NCBI GenBank assembly: GCA_947627255.1
Contig: CANQVI010000002.1
Coordinates: forward strand, 64,047-128,046
Direction: 5' to 3'
Length of the DNA: 64,000 nt
Source: an uncultured Clostridia bacterium
Lineage (GTDB): Bacteria; Bacillota; Clostridia; TANB77; CAG-465
The position numbers and the translations under genes are program-made. Numbering within the stretch: position 1 is the first letter of the stretch; each line of letters starts with the position of its first letter. Below, one piece after another: positions 8,623 to 19,401 of the stretch. The notes under the pieces are model-generated. The model saw nothing but the letters and a program-made list of their open reading frames with translations, made no database searches and had not been told where the DNA came from.

Positions 8623-11600
8623 ATGAAATTAAAAATAAGGATATTTTTGTGTTTGTTAAGTATAATTCTGCTTAGCTCTAGTTTGTCAGCTAATGCAGTC
8701 GAAATAGATGAAGGCTACCAAGGAGGAAGTGGTGGCATAGATTTTGAGTCTGGTGGTGATACTCAGTCATCAGGCGAATATGATTATATTGTTGATGTTA
8801 CAGGATTATATATTATACAATATTTTGGTACAGATGAAGTAGTACATATTCCAGATAAATTGAACGGAAGAAAAGTTATTGGATTATATACTGAAGCATT
8901 TGCTGCATCACCTACTGTAAAAAAGATTGTTATACCTGATTCTGTTACAATGATTTTTGATGATACTTTTGTAAATTGTAAAAGTTTAACTGAAATTGAA
9001 GTTGACCCAAATAATAGTGTTTATGCTTCTGATGACGGACTATTATATAGTAAAGATTATGAATATTTAGTAAGATGTCCTGAAGGAAAAGCAGGAGTTG
9101 TTAATGTAAAGGAAGGCACAAAATATATATGTGACTATACATTTTTTCAATGTGAAAATTTAACAAGTGTTAACATTCCATCTACAGTAATTGGAATGGA
9201 CGAAAATGGAGATGTTGGAGTAGGAATAGGAGCATTTTATTCTACCAAAAATTTAAATAATATAATCGTAAATAACAACCCAAATTATGAAGTATATGAT
9301 GGAGTATTATACAGATTAAATGATTCAAAACAAAAAGAAGTATTAGTAAAATGTCCTGATACTAGAGTTAATTGTGTAAATATTCCTAGTACAGTTAAAG
9401 AAATAGCAGATTTTGCATTTTTTGAATGTTTTAATTTAGTTGGACCAATTAATCTACCAAGTGGATTGACTACAATTGGAGAAAAAGCATTTTTTAATTG
9501 TTACAAATTAGATGGAGGTATTAAAATACCAGATACAATAGAATTAATAAAACCTGCCGCTTTTTACTCATGTTATAAAATTAGTAGCTTAGATTTAGGA
9601 AATGGACTTGTTGAAATACCAGACGACTGCTTTGCATATTGTTATGGATTAGATAGTATTGATATACCAAATAATGTTGTAATAATAGGTGAAAGAGCTT
9701 TCTTTAAATGCGAAAATGTAAAATCTATACAATTTGGAAATCGCGTTGTAGATATTGGAGCTTGGGCTTTTGATTATTTAAGTAATTTAAAAGGAGATAT
9801 AATATTACCAGATACAATTAACTATATTGGTACAGCTGCATTTATGCATGCATATGAATTAGACGGATATGTAGTAATTGGAAAAGGTGCTCAAGAGATA
9901 GGTGATAGTGTATTTTACGATTCTGAAAAGCTAAAGGGAATTATATTTAGAGGTAATTTACCACTATATATTTCTGAATGTAGCTTTTTAAAGCCAGATG
10001 TTAAATATTATCATCTTAAAGATAAAAGTGGATTTGAAGATTTCTTTTCAACAAAAGATGTTAGAATATATTCTGAGCAACCTAAAGTAGAATTTATACT
10101 AAATGGAAATGTGTATAAAACAGTAGATTTAAACAAATATGGAATGAGTGTTCCTGAGTTTGATAATCCTCAAATAGATAATTATAAATTTGAAGGCTGG
10201 TATTATGATCCTAATTTTGAAAATGAATTTAATTTCTCAGATACAATAATGGCTGATACAAAAATATATGCTAAAACTGAAATAATAAATAGCATTTCTT
10301 TTGATAGACATGATATGTTACTAGAAGTTGGAAGTCAAGAAAAATTAGAATATACTTATAGCCTTGAAGAAGGTGCTACAAAAGAAGATATAGAATGGAC
10401 TTCTACATCACCAGAGGTAGCAGATATTGATGAAAACGGAAATATAATAGCATATGATAAGGGCGAAACAGTAATTACTGCAAGTTATAAATTTGCTAGT
10501 GATTCTATTACAGTAAATGTTTGGAAAGACGAAAATAAAATTAATATATTAGATGAAAGTAAAACATTAACAATAGGAGAACAAGTAGAATTAGAATATG
10601 ATTCATACTTTATTGATGATGGCACAACAGATGATATAGTATGGTTTACAGAAGATACTGGTATTATATCTTTAGATGGAAATAAAGTTACTGCACTTTC
10701 TGATGGTGTTGCAACTGTAACAGCTACATATAAAGAGGCTAAAGATACAATAGAAATAATAGTTCTTAAAGATAGTTATTTAAATATAACATCATCTCCA
10801 ATAGTTTTAAAATTAAAACAAAGTGCAACTATTGACCTAGATTATTATTTTAATGATGGTGCAACTGCTGAAGATATAACATGGCTATCTAACAATACAA
10901 ATGTTGCAAAAGTTTCAAATGGTAAAGTTACAGCATACTTAGAAGGAAACGCAGATATAACAGCTCAATATAAAGACCTAAAAGCAACAATTCATGTAAC
11001 AGTGGTTAGACCTGATGAAATAAAATTTTATCAAGATTCTATAGAAATAGGAATTAATAGCGTAAATTATAAATTAAGATATAGTTGGTATTCATATAAT
11101 TTAAGTGAAGATGACATTATATGGTTATCATCAAATGATGATGTATTGGAAGTGGAAAAAGGTGTTCTTATTCCTAAAGACTATGGAGATGTTGTAGTAA
11201 ATGCTATATGCGGAGATTCTGCTGCAACTATATCTGTAAAAGTAGTAAAACCTAATACTTTAAGATTTATTGAAGATAAAAAGACTATTAGATTTGATAG
11301 AAATAAAGTAGTAGATTTAGATATAGATTTCTACTTTAATGATGGCGCTACCAAAAATGATATAACATATACTAGTACAAATCCAGAAGTAATAAAGGTA
11401 GAAAACAATGTATTAAAGCAAGTTGGTAAAGGCCAAACTACTATTACTGCTCGATATGGTAATTATTCTGATACAATAGATATTGAGATTATACCACAAG
11501 ATTATATTAATTTTGAAAAGTTTGGATATATAATTCATATGAATGAAACATTCAAATTACCATATGAATATTATCTTTTCGATGAAGATGCAAAAATAAC

Positions 11601-11937
11601 ATTTAAATCTTCAGAGGAAAGTATTGCTAGTGTTGATGATGAAGGAAATGTAACTCCAAATGATATTGGAGAAGTTACTATTACTGCTTCATATAATGGA
11701 ATCGAAGCTGAGGTAGTTATAATTGTATCAAATGATAGTTTTCTATTAGGTGATTTAGATAGAAATGGGCAAGTAGATACAGCAGATGCTGCAGTAGCAT
11801 TGAATTTATTTAAATATAAAAATTTCGATAATTTAGATATGATAATTGGTGATTTAGATGGAAACAAAGTAATAGATACAGCAGATGCATCTGAAATATT
11901 AAATATGTTTAAATACGGTAACTCAAAGGAGTTGTGA
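8623..11937 (+). CDS. Secreted BspA-type LRR protein with Listeria/Bacteroides repeat, six Big_2 domains and a C-terminal dockerin
   Basis: Signal peptide, then LRR_5-like repeats (IPDSVT.I...AF..C..L, residues about 60-480). The Flg_new-like segment is YKFEGWYYD. Six Big_2 units follow. The dockerin at nt 11749-11919 reads GDLDRNGQVDTADAAVALNLFKY...GDLDGNKVIDTADASEILNMFKY. Confidence 0.9.
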   Translation: MKLKIRIFLCLLSIILLSSSLSANAVEIDEGYQGGSGGIDFESGGDTQSSGEYDYIVDVTGLYIIQYFGTDEVVHIPDKLNGRKVIGLYTEAFAASPTVKKIVIPDSVTMIFDDTFVNCKSLTEIEVDPNNSVYASDDGLLYSKDYEYLVRCPEGKAGVVNVKEGTKYICDYTFFQCENLTSVNIPSTVIGMDENGDVGVGIGAFYSTKNLNNIIVNNNPNYEVYDGVLYRLNDSKQKEVLVKCPDTRVNCVNIPSTVKEIADFAFFECFNLVGPINLPSGLTTIGEKAFFNCYKLDGGIKIPDTIELIKPAAFYSCYKISSLDLGNGLVEIPDDCFAYCYGLDSIDIPNNVVIIGERAFFKCENVKSIQFGNRVVDIGAWAFDYLSNLKGDIILPDTINYIGTAAFMHAYELDGYVVIGKGAQEIGDSVFYDSEKLKGIIFRGNLPLYISECSFLKPDVKYYHLKDKSGFEDFFSTKDVRIYSEQPKVEFILNGNVYKTVDLNKYGMSVPEFDNPQIDNYKFEGWYYDPNFENEFNFSDTIMADTKIYAKTEIINSISFDRHDMLLEVGSQEKLEYTYSLEEGATKEDIEWTSTSPEVADIDENGNIIAYDKGETVITASYKFASDSITVNVWKDENKINILDESKTLTIGEQVELEYDSYFIDDGTTDDIVWFTEDTGIISLDGNKVTALSDGVATVTATYKEAKDTIEIIVLKDSYLNITSSPIVLKLKQSATIDLDYYFNDGATAEDITWLSNNTNVAKVSNGKVTAYLEGNADITAQYKDLKATIHVTVVRPDEIKFYQDSIEIGINSVNYKLRYSWYSYNLSEDDIIWLSSNDDVLEVEKGVLIPKDYGDVVVNAICGDSAATISVKVVKPNTLRFIEDKKTIRFDRNKVVDLDIDFYFNDGATKNDITYTSTNPEVIKVENNVLKQVGKGQTTITARYGNYSDTIDIEIIPQDYINFEKFGYIIHMNETFKLPYEYYLFDEDAKITFKSSEESIASVDDEGNVTPNDIGEVTITASYNGIEAEVVIIVSNDSFLLGDLDRNGQVDTADAAVALNLFKYKNFDNLDMIIGDLDGNKVIDTADASEILNMFKYGNSKEL
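10291..11730 (+). repeat. Six tandem Big_2 (bacterial Ig-like group 2) domain repeats, protein level
   Basis: Six units of about 78 aa each end in a motif like T.TA.Y......I.V.VV and each contains a W/Y-(ST)-S-(SN) core (EWTSTSPEVA, TWLSNNTNVA, IWLSSNDDVL, TYTSTNPEVI). Confidence 0.8.
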
Positions 11938-11941
11938 TAAG

Positions 11942-12817
11942 ATGAAAAAATTATTTTATTGTATTGGCGTTCTTGCAATTACTTTTATATTAGTTAGTGG
12001 TATAGTTTTAGCTGCAGATGGTAAATCTGTAGCTCCACAAGACTTTTTTACAGATGGGTTTAGATGTGTAAAAAATGATGATGCTGGAAATACATATACT
12101 ATTGTAGAATATAGCGCAAATGTTTACACTAATATAATTCCTGGCGAAATTCAAGGGTATAAAATTACAAGAATAGGGGATGGAGCATTTAAGAATAAAC
12201 CATATATAGTAGGTAGAATTGATATACCTGATTCTGTAGTTTCAATTGGAAAAGATGCTTTTAGTGGATGCAGCAATATTAGAGGAATTTATTGTGGAAG
12301 TAGTTTAGTAGAAATAGGAGATAATGCATTTTCAAATTGCAAAGAATTAAAAGAAATACATTTAAGTAATGTAAAGAGCATTGGCACAGAGGCATTTTCT
12401 GAATGCCCTGGCTTATCTGAAGAATTTGAAATACCACAATCAGTAAATTCTCTTGGAGATAGAGTTTTCTCACTATCTAATGTAAAAAATGTTAAGTTTG
12501 TATCTATTACTGCTCCAAAAATAACAATTAATACTTTTGATGGCAATCCTGGTTTAAAAGTGTCAGTACCAGAAATAGGAAAAGGATATACAAAAGAAAA
12601 TTATTGGCCTGTTGATACTGATTATTATGTTGTTTCAGGTGATTTAGATAGAAATGGTCAAGTAGATACAGCAGATGCTGCAGTAGCTCTAAACCTATTT
12701 AAATATAAAAATTATACATCAGAAGATATAAAAATTGGTGACATGGATAAAAACGGAATAATAGATACAGCAGATGCGGCTGTAATACTAAATGTATTTA
12801 AATATGGTAGTAATTAA
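11942..12817 (+). CDS. Secreted BspA-type LRR protein with C-terminal dockerin
   Basis: Starts 4 nt after the previous stop. Signal peptide, then LRR_5-like IPDSVVSIGKDAFSGC / LVEIGDNAFSNC / SIGTEAFSEC. The dockerin lies at about nt 12638-12808. Confidence 0.85.
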   Translation: MKKLFYCIGVLAITFILVSGIVLAADGKSVAPQDFFTDGFRCVKNDDAGNTYTIVEYSANVYTNIIPGEIQGYKITRIGDGAFKNKPYIVGRIDIPDSVVSIGKDAFSGCSNIRGIYCGSSLVEIGDNAFSNCKELKEIHLSNVKSIGTEAFSECPGLSEEFEIPQSVNSLGDRVFSLSNVKNVKFVSITAPKITINTFDGNPGLKVSVPEIGKGYTKENYWPVDTDYYVVSGDLDRNGQVDTADAAVALNLFKYKNYTSEDIKIGDMDKNGIIDTADAAVILNVFKYGSN

Positions 12818-12843
12818 AAAAGAAGGTAACCCCTTCTTTTTTT
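12816..12843. terminator. Bidirectional terminator between convergent genes
   Basis: aagaagg / ccttctt stem flanked by an A-run and a T-run, lying between the two stop codons. Confidence 0.7.
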
Positions 12844-14323
12844 ATGCAGATTTTTTGTGATTTATTTTATTTAAAATTAAATATATAATTAAAAAGCCTA
12901 TTGTAAAGAAGATATTTGAATAAAGAACTCCTAAAAAGCTACTATTTGAAAATGAAAATATATTGACTATCCCTAATGATGAAAACATTGCTATTAATGG
13001 TAAAATGAGCCAATTATAATATTTAAATGAAATATTAGTATTATTTAATATTTGATTTACACTTAAAATACCATTAATATATTCACTAACATATAATACT
13101 AAAATATATCCCCATGTACCAAGATATGGAATAAAATAGTAAATTAGTGTTATTGAAATAGCAAGATCAATAATATTTATTTTCATTACATTTACTTGTA
13201 AATCTAATCCTTTTAATATACTATCTACAACAAAATCTAAATACATTATACAAATTAATGGAGTAAGTATTTTTACATAATATGATACTTCGACATTTTT
13301 ATATAATTTAAAGCATATATAATCTGAAGAAATATAAATTACAAATGAAATGTAAAGAGACACTAATATTGTATATTTAAATATTCTTTGAGTTAATGAA
13401 ATGATTTTTTTTGTATTTTTTGAAGCATAGTATCTAGAAAATTCTGGTAATAGTAATGATGCAAAGCTGTTTATAAATATACTTGGTAGCAAGATAAAGG
13501 GGAGTGCTATTGCATGTATTATTCCATATCTAGAAAGCGCATATTCATACGAAAAGCCGAATTTTTGTAATCTTAAAGGTATCAGTGTATGCTTTAAAGT
13601 TGAAAGCCCAGAACGTATAAATGATGTAAAAGAAAGAGGAGCGGATATTCTAAATATATTTAATATAATTTTAGACTTACTTTTTAAATCTGTATTTGTT
13701 TTATAATTTCTAACATCTTTTAAGTATAAAATATAAATATATATAAATGATGTTATTTCAGATATAAAAAGGCCTAGTGCGAATGCAAAGTATGTTTGAA
13801 ATTTTATATTTAACAATATAATTATTACAAATGATTTTATTATATTACTCAAAAATTCATATATTATAGGTTTATTTACTTTTCTTAACGCATTAAAATA
13901 GCCACATATACATGAAGTAATAGCAATAAATGGCAAAGATAGACTAAGAAGCATAAATATGTTACTATTAACCAAGCCATGCAAAAATATTGCTGTTATT
14001 TTATCTTTAAATAGTATAGTTACTACACAGACAGCAACAGATATTATAGCACTTATTTTACATGCAATTTTAGATGATGAATATATTATTTCGTTATTTT
14101 TTAATATATCATTTTCAGAGACAATTTTTGTGATAGCAAGTGGTATAGCAAATAATGAAATAGTTATTAGAAAATTAAATATATTAGTTATTAATGAATA
14201 TGAGCCAAGTACAGTTGTTCCTATTTTATTTGTAATATACACATTTGTTATCATTTGTATTATATTTATTATGAGTGTAGAAATTGTAAGAATGATAAAG
14301 TTTTTAATAAATTGCTTTTTCAA
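12842..14323 (-). CDS. MOP-superfamily polysaccharide/lipid II flippase, SpoVB-like
   Basis: 493 aa with about 12-14 TM helices. The N-terminus IGTTVLGSYSLITNIF...IPLAITKIVSEN resembles SpoVB/MurJ-type proteins. Adjacent to pdaA. Confidence 0.6.
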   Translation of the reverse strand: MKKQFIKNFIILTISTLIINIIQMITNVYITNKIGTTVLGSYSLITNIFNFLITISLFAIPLAITKIVSENDILKNNEIIYSSSKIACKISAIISVAVCVVTILFKDKITAIFLHGLVNSNIFMLLSLSLPFIAITSCICGYFNALRKVNKPIIYEFLSNIIKSFVIIILLNIKFQTYFAFALGLFISEITSFIYIYILYLKDVRNYKTNTDLKSKSKIILNIFRISAPLSFTSFIRSGLSTLKHTLIPLRLQKFGFSYEYALSRYGIIHAIALPFILLPSIFINSFASLLLPEFSRYYASKNTKKIISLTQRIFKYTILVSLYISFVIYISSDYICFKLYKNVEVSYYVKILTPLICIMYLDFVVDSILKGLDLQVNVMKINIIDLAISITLIYYFIPYLGTWGYILVLYVSEYINGILSVNQILNNTNISFKYYNWLILPLIAMFSSLGIVNIFSFSNSSFLGVLYSNIFFTIGFLIIYLILNKINHKKSA

Positions 14324-14325
14324 AT

Positions 14326-15108
14326 TTAATTACCTAATTCGTCAAGTGTTTTGAATGTATATCCGTCATTTTCAAGAGTAGTTAATAGTTCATCTAGAAT
14401 TTCCATATTTGTTTTAGAAGTCGAATGTAGTAGCAAGATACATCCATTATGTACACGATTTAATATAGTAGATAGAGCTTTTTCGTGAGATGGCTGATTA
14501 TCTTTTTGCCAATCAACATATGCAAGTGACCAAAAGATTGTTTTATAGCCACAAGAAGATGCATCTTTAAGATTTTGTATGTTATAAATTCCCTGAGGAG
14601 GTCTATAATATTTCTTCATATCTTGCCCTGTAATTTTTTTGTATTTTTCTTCTACAGGTTCTATTTGCTTTTTAAAATCTTCAAAAGTTGACATCTTTGA
14701 CATATCAGGATGAGTTTCTGTGTGATTTCCAATAATATGACCTTCATCAAACATTCTTTTTACAGTATCAGGATTTGAATTAAAATAATTACCTACAATA
14801 AAAAATCCAGCTTTTATATTGTGTTTTTTTAAAGTATCAAGGATACTTTCTGTATATCCAGCTTCATATCCTACATCAAATGTTAAATATATATTTTTTT
14901 CATTTTTAGTATCAATAAAGTATGCATTATATTTAAGTAATTCTTCTGGTGTAGCATTTCCTGTAGGAGGAGTATTAGCACTACTAAATGAAAGTCCCCA
15001 AGAGCTACTTGATGATGCAAAAACTAAACATGATACAGCAATTATTGCTATTACAAAAATTGTTATTGAAGATAAATAGATATTTCGTTTTGTTATTATG
15101 CAGTACAT
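14326..15108 (-). CDS. pdaA: Polysaccharide deacetylase, delta-lactam-biosynthetic de-N-acetylase PdaA-like
   Basis: LTFDVGYEAGYT, FFIVGNY and GHIIGNHTETHPDMSKMS NodB-homology motifs. 260 aa with a signal/TM N-terminus. Confidence 0.75.
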   Translation of the reverse strand: MYCIITKRNIYLSSITIFVIAIIAVSCLVFASSSSSWGLSFSSANTPPTGNATPEELLKYNAYFIDTKNEKNIYLTFDVGYEAGYTESILDTLKKHNIKAGFFIVGNYFNSNPDTVKRMFDEGHIIGNHTETHPDMSKMSTFEDFKKQIEPVEEKYKKITGQDMKKYYRPPQGIYNIQNLKDASSCGYKTIFWSLAYVDWQKDNQPSHEKALSTILNRVHNGCILLLHSTSKTNMEILDELLTTLENDGYTFKTLDELGN

Positions 15109-15212
15109 TTAATCACCTAATAGATTATATTAACTATATATTTAAAATAGAATAAAAAAGATTGTATATGTTAAATTTATATGGTAGAATTTAATAAAAA
15201 AGGAGAGAAAAT

Positions 15213-15746
15213 ATGTATTTATACGTTATAAGGCATGGCCTTACTGAATGGAACGTTGAAAAAAAGTTACTTTCATATACAGATATACCATTAAATGAAA
15301 TTGGAATTAAACAGTGCCAAGAAGCAGAAAAATTAGTAAAAAATTTAGATTATGACATAGTATTTTGTTCGCCTAAACTAAGAACAAAAATGACATTAGA
15401 AATTATAAATTCCAAAAATATTCCTGTAATTTATGATGATAGACTAGTAGAAAGAGATGCAGGAGATTTAGAAGGGATAGATGTAAATTCTTTTGACTAT
15501 GAAAGTTACTGGACATTAGGAAAAGATGTACTTAAAAATAGCGAGAATATTATTAAATGCCAAAATAGAGTATATGAATTACTAGATGAAATAAAGAACA
15601 AATATAAAGATAAAAATGTTTTAATAGTTACACATAATGGAGTATGTAGAATGATTTATACATATTTTAACGGATATCCAAGAAGAAAAAATATTTCAAA
15701 TAAAGGGCAAGGTAATGCAGAAATAAAAATATATGAACTAAAATAA
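15213..15746 (+). CDS. Histidine phosphatase family protein (phosphoglycerate mutase-like)
   Basis: LYVIRHGLTEWN carries the RHG motif, with VTHNGV near the C-terminus. Confidence 0.75.
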   Translation: MYLYVIRHGLTEWNVEKKLLSYTDIPLNEIGIKQCQEAEKLVKNLDYDIVFCSPKLRTKMTLEIINSKNIPVIYDDRLVERDAGDLEGIDVNSFDYESYWTLGKDVLKNSENIIKCQNRVYELLDEIKNKYKDKNVLIVTHNGVCRMIYTYFNGYPRRKNISNKGQGNAEIKIYELK

Positions 15747-15780
15747 GGTATATTATTAATTTAATATACCTTATTTTATA
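15742..15780. terminator. Bidirectional terminator
   Basis: Perfect 14-bp stem aataaggtatatta / taatataccttatt overlapping both stop codons. Confidence 0.8.
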
Positions 15781-16342
15781 CTAATATATCTTTTTGTTTT
15801 TGTGAGAATTTACCAATCGAACATAACGAAAAATCATTACCGTTGTATGTATATCCACAAAGAGATAAATCACTTTGAGAATGTAGTGTCATACTAGCAA
15901 TTTCTTCTGTTTCATTTTCCCATTTATTTTTTCCAATTATATCATAATAATTTGAAATATTTATTGAAAGATTTGAACCAATATTTTCAACATATTCAAT
16001 AAGATAATCTGCTTTTTTTATTTTATATTTTTTATTAAAATTTACATCACGCTTTATATAATTAAAATTATCTGTATGAATAAGCACATTCTTTTTAGCA
16101 ATTAAAGATATTTTGCCATCAATACAAAGAATGAACCATCTGTTAGTAGCATTATCTAAAATTAGAGTTGCATTTTTGTCTTTAATAGATATAGGATTAA
16201 CTTTTATATTTGTTATATAAAGATTATTATTTAATAGAAAATCAGCAATTTTAGGATAATTTTGTAAATTAATATTTTTCTTTATATCTTTTAAATACTT
16301 ATCTTTTTCTTCACTAGTTAATTGCTCAAAAAATTTAGTCAT
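15776..16342 (-). CDS. Hypothetical protein
   Basis: 188-aa ORF with GGAGG SD. No family recognised. Confidence 0.5.
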   Translation of the reverse strand: MTKFFEQLTSEEKDKYLKDIKKNINLQNYPKIADFLLNNNLYITNIKVNPISIKDKNATLILDNATNRWFILCIDGKISLIAKKNVLIHTDNFNYIKRDVNFNKKYKIKKADYLIEYVENIGSNLSINISNYYDIIGKNKWENETEEIASMTLHSQSDLSLCGYTYNGNDFSLCSIGKFSQKQKDILV

Positions 16343-16474
16343 ACTTAACCTCCTATACCGTGATTATATCAAAGATAAGCCAGAAAGTCAAATGAAGTAG
16401 ACATAATGTGTAAGACTTGAAATTTAAAAATAATTATAATATAATATTTTTATTTGAAAGGGTAGTTTAAAAAT

Positions 16475-18688
16475 ATGAAAATAGAGGGAAAAGTAGCTAC
16501 TATAATTTTTAAGAACGAAACTAATAATTGGACTGTGTTGTTAATTAAGCAAAAAAATGAATATATAACTTGTGTAGGAGAAACCGAAGAAGTAGAAGTG
16601 GATGACGAGTTAGAATTTGAAGGTGAAGTTGTATCACATAAAGTTTATGGTGAACAATTTAAATTTTCATCATATAAAAAAATATTGCCTAAAACAAGTT
16701 CTGCACTTATATCATATATAGCGGATAATATAGCTGGAGTAGGTAAAAAAACAGCTAAAAATATTGTAGATATGTTTGGCGATGAAACAGTAAATGTTAT
16801 TAGATTTTCTATGGATAAATTATATGAAGTAAAAGGTTTAAATACTGAAAAAATTGAAAGAATGAACGACTTTTTCAATTCTGAATGGGAAAAATGGAAT
16901 ACGATTGAGTTTTTAAGTAATTTTCATATATCTACTGTAGTTGCAAATAGAATATATCAAGCGGTGGGAAAAGATACTATAGAAATTGTAAAAGTTAATC
17001 CATATAGTTTATTAGGACTTATTAAATCATTAGATTTTAAAGTAGTAGATGAAATTGGAAGAAGTTTAAATATAGATTTAAATAATCCAGATAGATTAGA
17101 TAATGGAATAATATATGCTATAAATAAAATTACAGAATTTGGACATACTTGTGTTGAACTTGAAAATTTAACTAATTATTGTGTAGAACTTTTGCAAGTT
17201 GATGATGCAGAAATTTCACAAGCTATAACAAGATTAGTTTTGGCTCAAAAGCTCTTTATAGACAAAATTGACGGCGAAAAATATGTATTTAGACAAAGTA
17301 TGTACTTAGCAGAAGAAAATGTTGCAAATTGCGTTATTGAGCATACAAGACAAACTGTTAAAAAAGAAAAAATGTCTAAATTAATAAGTATGGTTAGTAA
17401 AGAAAATAACATAGAACTATCAAAAGAGCAGATAAATGCTATTGATACGTGTTTAAATAATATGATTTCTATTGTAACTGGTGGACCTGGTACTGGAAAA
17501 ACTACAATAATAAAATGTATTATAGATATTCTTGAAATTCAAAAAAAAGATTATGTACTTTGTGCACCAACTGGTAGAGCAGCTAAAAGAATTACGCAAA
17601 CAACAGGTAAAGAGGCAAAAACACTTCATAGACTTCTTGAGATATCTAAAATAGACGATAATGATATAGATATGTTCTATGAGTATCAAGTAAAGCAAAT
17701 TGAAGAAGAAGTAGTTATTATTGATGAAGCCTCTATGATAGATATTATGATGATGAATAATTTGGTAAAGGGTATAAAGCCAAATACACAACTAATAATA
17801 GTAGGTGATGTAAACCAGCTTCCATCTGTTGGACCTGGAAGTGTTTTAAAAGATATAATATTATCTGATGTTGTACCAACTGTTGAATTAAAACAGATAT
17901 ATAGACAAAGTGCTAAAAGTGATATTATAGTAAATGCACATAAGGTAAATGATGGAATATATCCTGAGTTTAAAAGTAAAGATACAGATTTATTTTTTAT
18001 ACCTACTAAAACAATAGAACAGACAGTTGCAGAAATTTCATCTTTAATTTCATATAGACTAAAAAATTATGCACCACTTGATATAGTAAAAGATATACAA
18101 ATTCTTACACCTGTTAAAAAGACTGAACTTGGTACAATACATTTAAATGAAGAAATACAAGAATTATTAAATCCTAAATCAGAGGATAAAAATCAAATAG
18201 AATTTGCATCTAAAATTTTTAGAGAAAATGATAAAGTAATGCAGATAGTAAATAATTATGATAAAAAATATTCTATTGAAGGAAAGTTTTTTGAAGGAAT
18301 ATATAATGGTGATATAGGATATATAAAAAGTATAGATAAAGAAGAAGAAAAGCTATATGTTGAGTTTGACGATGAAAGACTAGTTGAATATGATTTTGAA
18401 GAACTTGACGAATTAGAACATTCATATGCAATAACTATACATAAATCTCAAGGAAGTGAGTTTGATTACGTTATACTTCCAATATTTACAGGATATAAAA
18501 AGCTACTTACAAGAAACTTATTATATACTGCAATGACCAGAGCAAAAAAAATGCTAATTATAATAGGAAATAGAAATGTATTAAATTATATGGTAGATAA
18601 TTTAGAATCTAAAAATAGAAGAACAGGACTAAAAGAAAAATTAGAAAATTTATTATATGTAAATAAAAAAACAGTAAAAAAAGAATAA
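16475..18688 (+). CDS. recD2: ATP-dependent RecD2-type SF1B DNA helicase
   Basis: Walker A VTGGPGTGKTT, Walker B VIIDEASMID, GDVNQLPSVGPG, and a C-terminal SITIHKSQGSEF-like segment (AITIHKSQGSEFDYV). 737 aa. Confidence 0.9.
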   Translation: MKIEGKVATIIFKNETNNWTVLLIKQKNEYITCVGETEEVEVDDELEFEGEVVSHKVYGEQFKFSSYKKILPKTSSALISYIADNIAGVGKKTAKNIVDMFGDETVNVIRFSMDKLYEVKGLNTEKIERMNDFFNSEWEKWNTIEFLSNFHISTVVANRIYQAVGKDTIEIVKVNPYSLLGLIKSLDFKVVDEIGRSLNIDLNNPDRLDNGIIYAINKITEFGHTCVELENLTNYCVELLQVDDAEISQAITRLVLAQKLFIDKIDGEKYVFRQSMYLAEENVANCVIEHTRQTVKKEKMSKLISMVSKENNIELSKEQINAIDTCLNNMISIVTGGPGTGKTTIIKCIIDILEIQKKDYVLCAPTGRAAKRITQTTGKEAKTLHRLLEISKIDDNDIDMFYEYQVKQIEEEVVIIDEASMIDIMMMNNLVKGIKPNTQLIIVGDVNQLPSVGPGSVLKDIILSDVVPTVELKQIYRQSAKSDIIVNAHKVNDGIYPEFKSKDTDLFFIPTKTIEQTVAEISSLISYRLKNYAPLDIVKDIQILTPVKKTELGTIHLNEEIQELLNPKSEDKNQIEFASKIFRENDKVMQIVNNYDKKYSIEGKFFEGIYNGDIGYIKSIDKEEEKLYVEFDDERLVEYDFEELDELEHSYAITIHKSQGSEFDYVILPIFTGYKKLLTRNLLYTAMTRAKKMLIIIGNRNVLNYMVDNLESKNRRTGLKEKLENLLYVNKKTVKKE

Positions 18689-18736
18689 TTTTAATATTTT
18701 ATCAAACAATATTCTTAGATATATTGAGGTGATAAA

Positions 18737-19276
18737 ATGCATTCTACAGGTATTATAAAAAGAATTGATAGTTTAGGAAGAATAGTTCTTCCAAAAGAGA
18801 TAAGAAGAAAACTAAAAATTAGAGAAAATGATGAATTAGAAATGCTTCTAGATAATGAAGATACTATAATTTTAAAAAAGTATTCAACAATGAACGATTT
18901 AAAAAAAGAATGTATATTATATTGTGATATTTTAAATAAAGAAACTGGTTTTAAAGTAATGTTTACAGATAAAGAAAAAGTAATTGCAGTAAAAGGGAAA
19001 AATACTTCATTAATGCTAAATGAAGAAATATCAGATAAACTAGTAAATGTAATTAATGAACGAATGATATATAATGTAAATACAGCGTCGACATTTAAAG
19101 TATTAAAAAACGATCAAGAGCTTAATCCAAAAGTCATAGTTCCTATTATAACAGATTCTAAAAGTGTAGGGGCAATTATATTGTTTTCAGATGATAAAAA
19201 AGAAAATATAAAAGATAAAGAATATGATATTTTAAAATTTGTAGCTTTACTTATAGCAGCAAAATTAGAAATTTAA
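18737..19276 (+). CDS. spoVT: Stage V sporulation protein T (AbrB-type N-terminus plus GAF-like domain)
   Basis: GIIKRIDSLGRIVLPKEIRRKLKIRENDELE is a SpoVT/AbrB swapped-hairpin motif. At 179 aa it matches SpoVT length. Confidence 0.85.
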   Translation: MHSTGIIKRIDSLGRIVLPKEIRRKLKIRENDELEMLLDNEDTIILKKYSTMNDLKKECILYCDILNKETGFKVMFTDKEKVIAVKGKNTSLMLNEEISDKLVNVINERMIYNVNTASTFKVLKNDQELNPKVIVPIITDSKSVGAIILFSDDKKENIKDKEYDILKFVALLIAAKLEI

Positions 19277-19401
19277 ATTTTACATAAATGTTACAAATAA
19301 TAAAAAAAAGGGATATTTAGAATAAAAATATTTCTTTTTTTTTATGTATATGTTAAAATCAAAATATAAGAGTATATTTATGAAAGAGTGTTGGTAATAG
19401 T

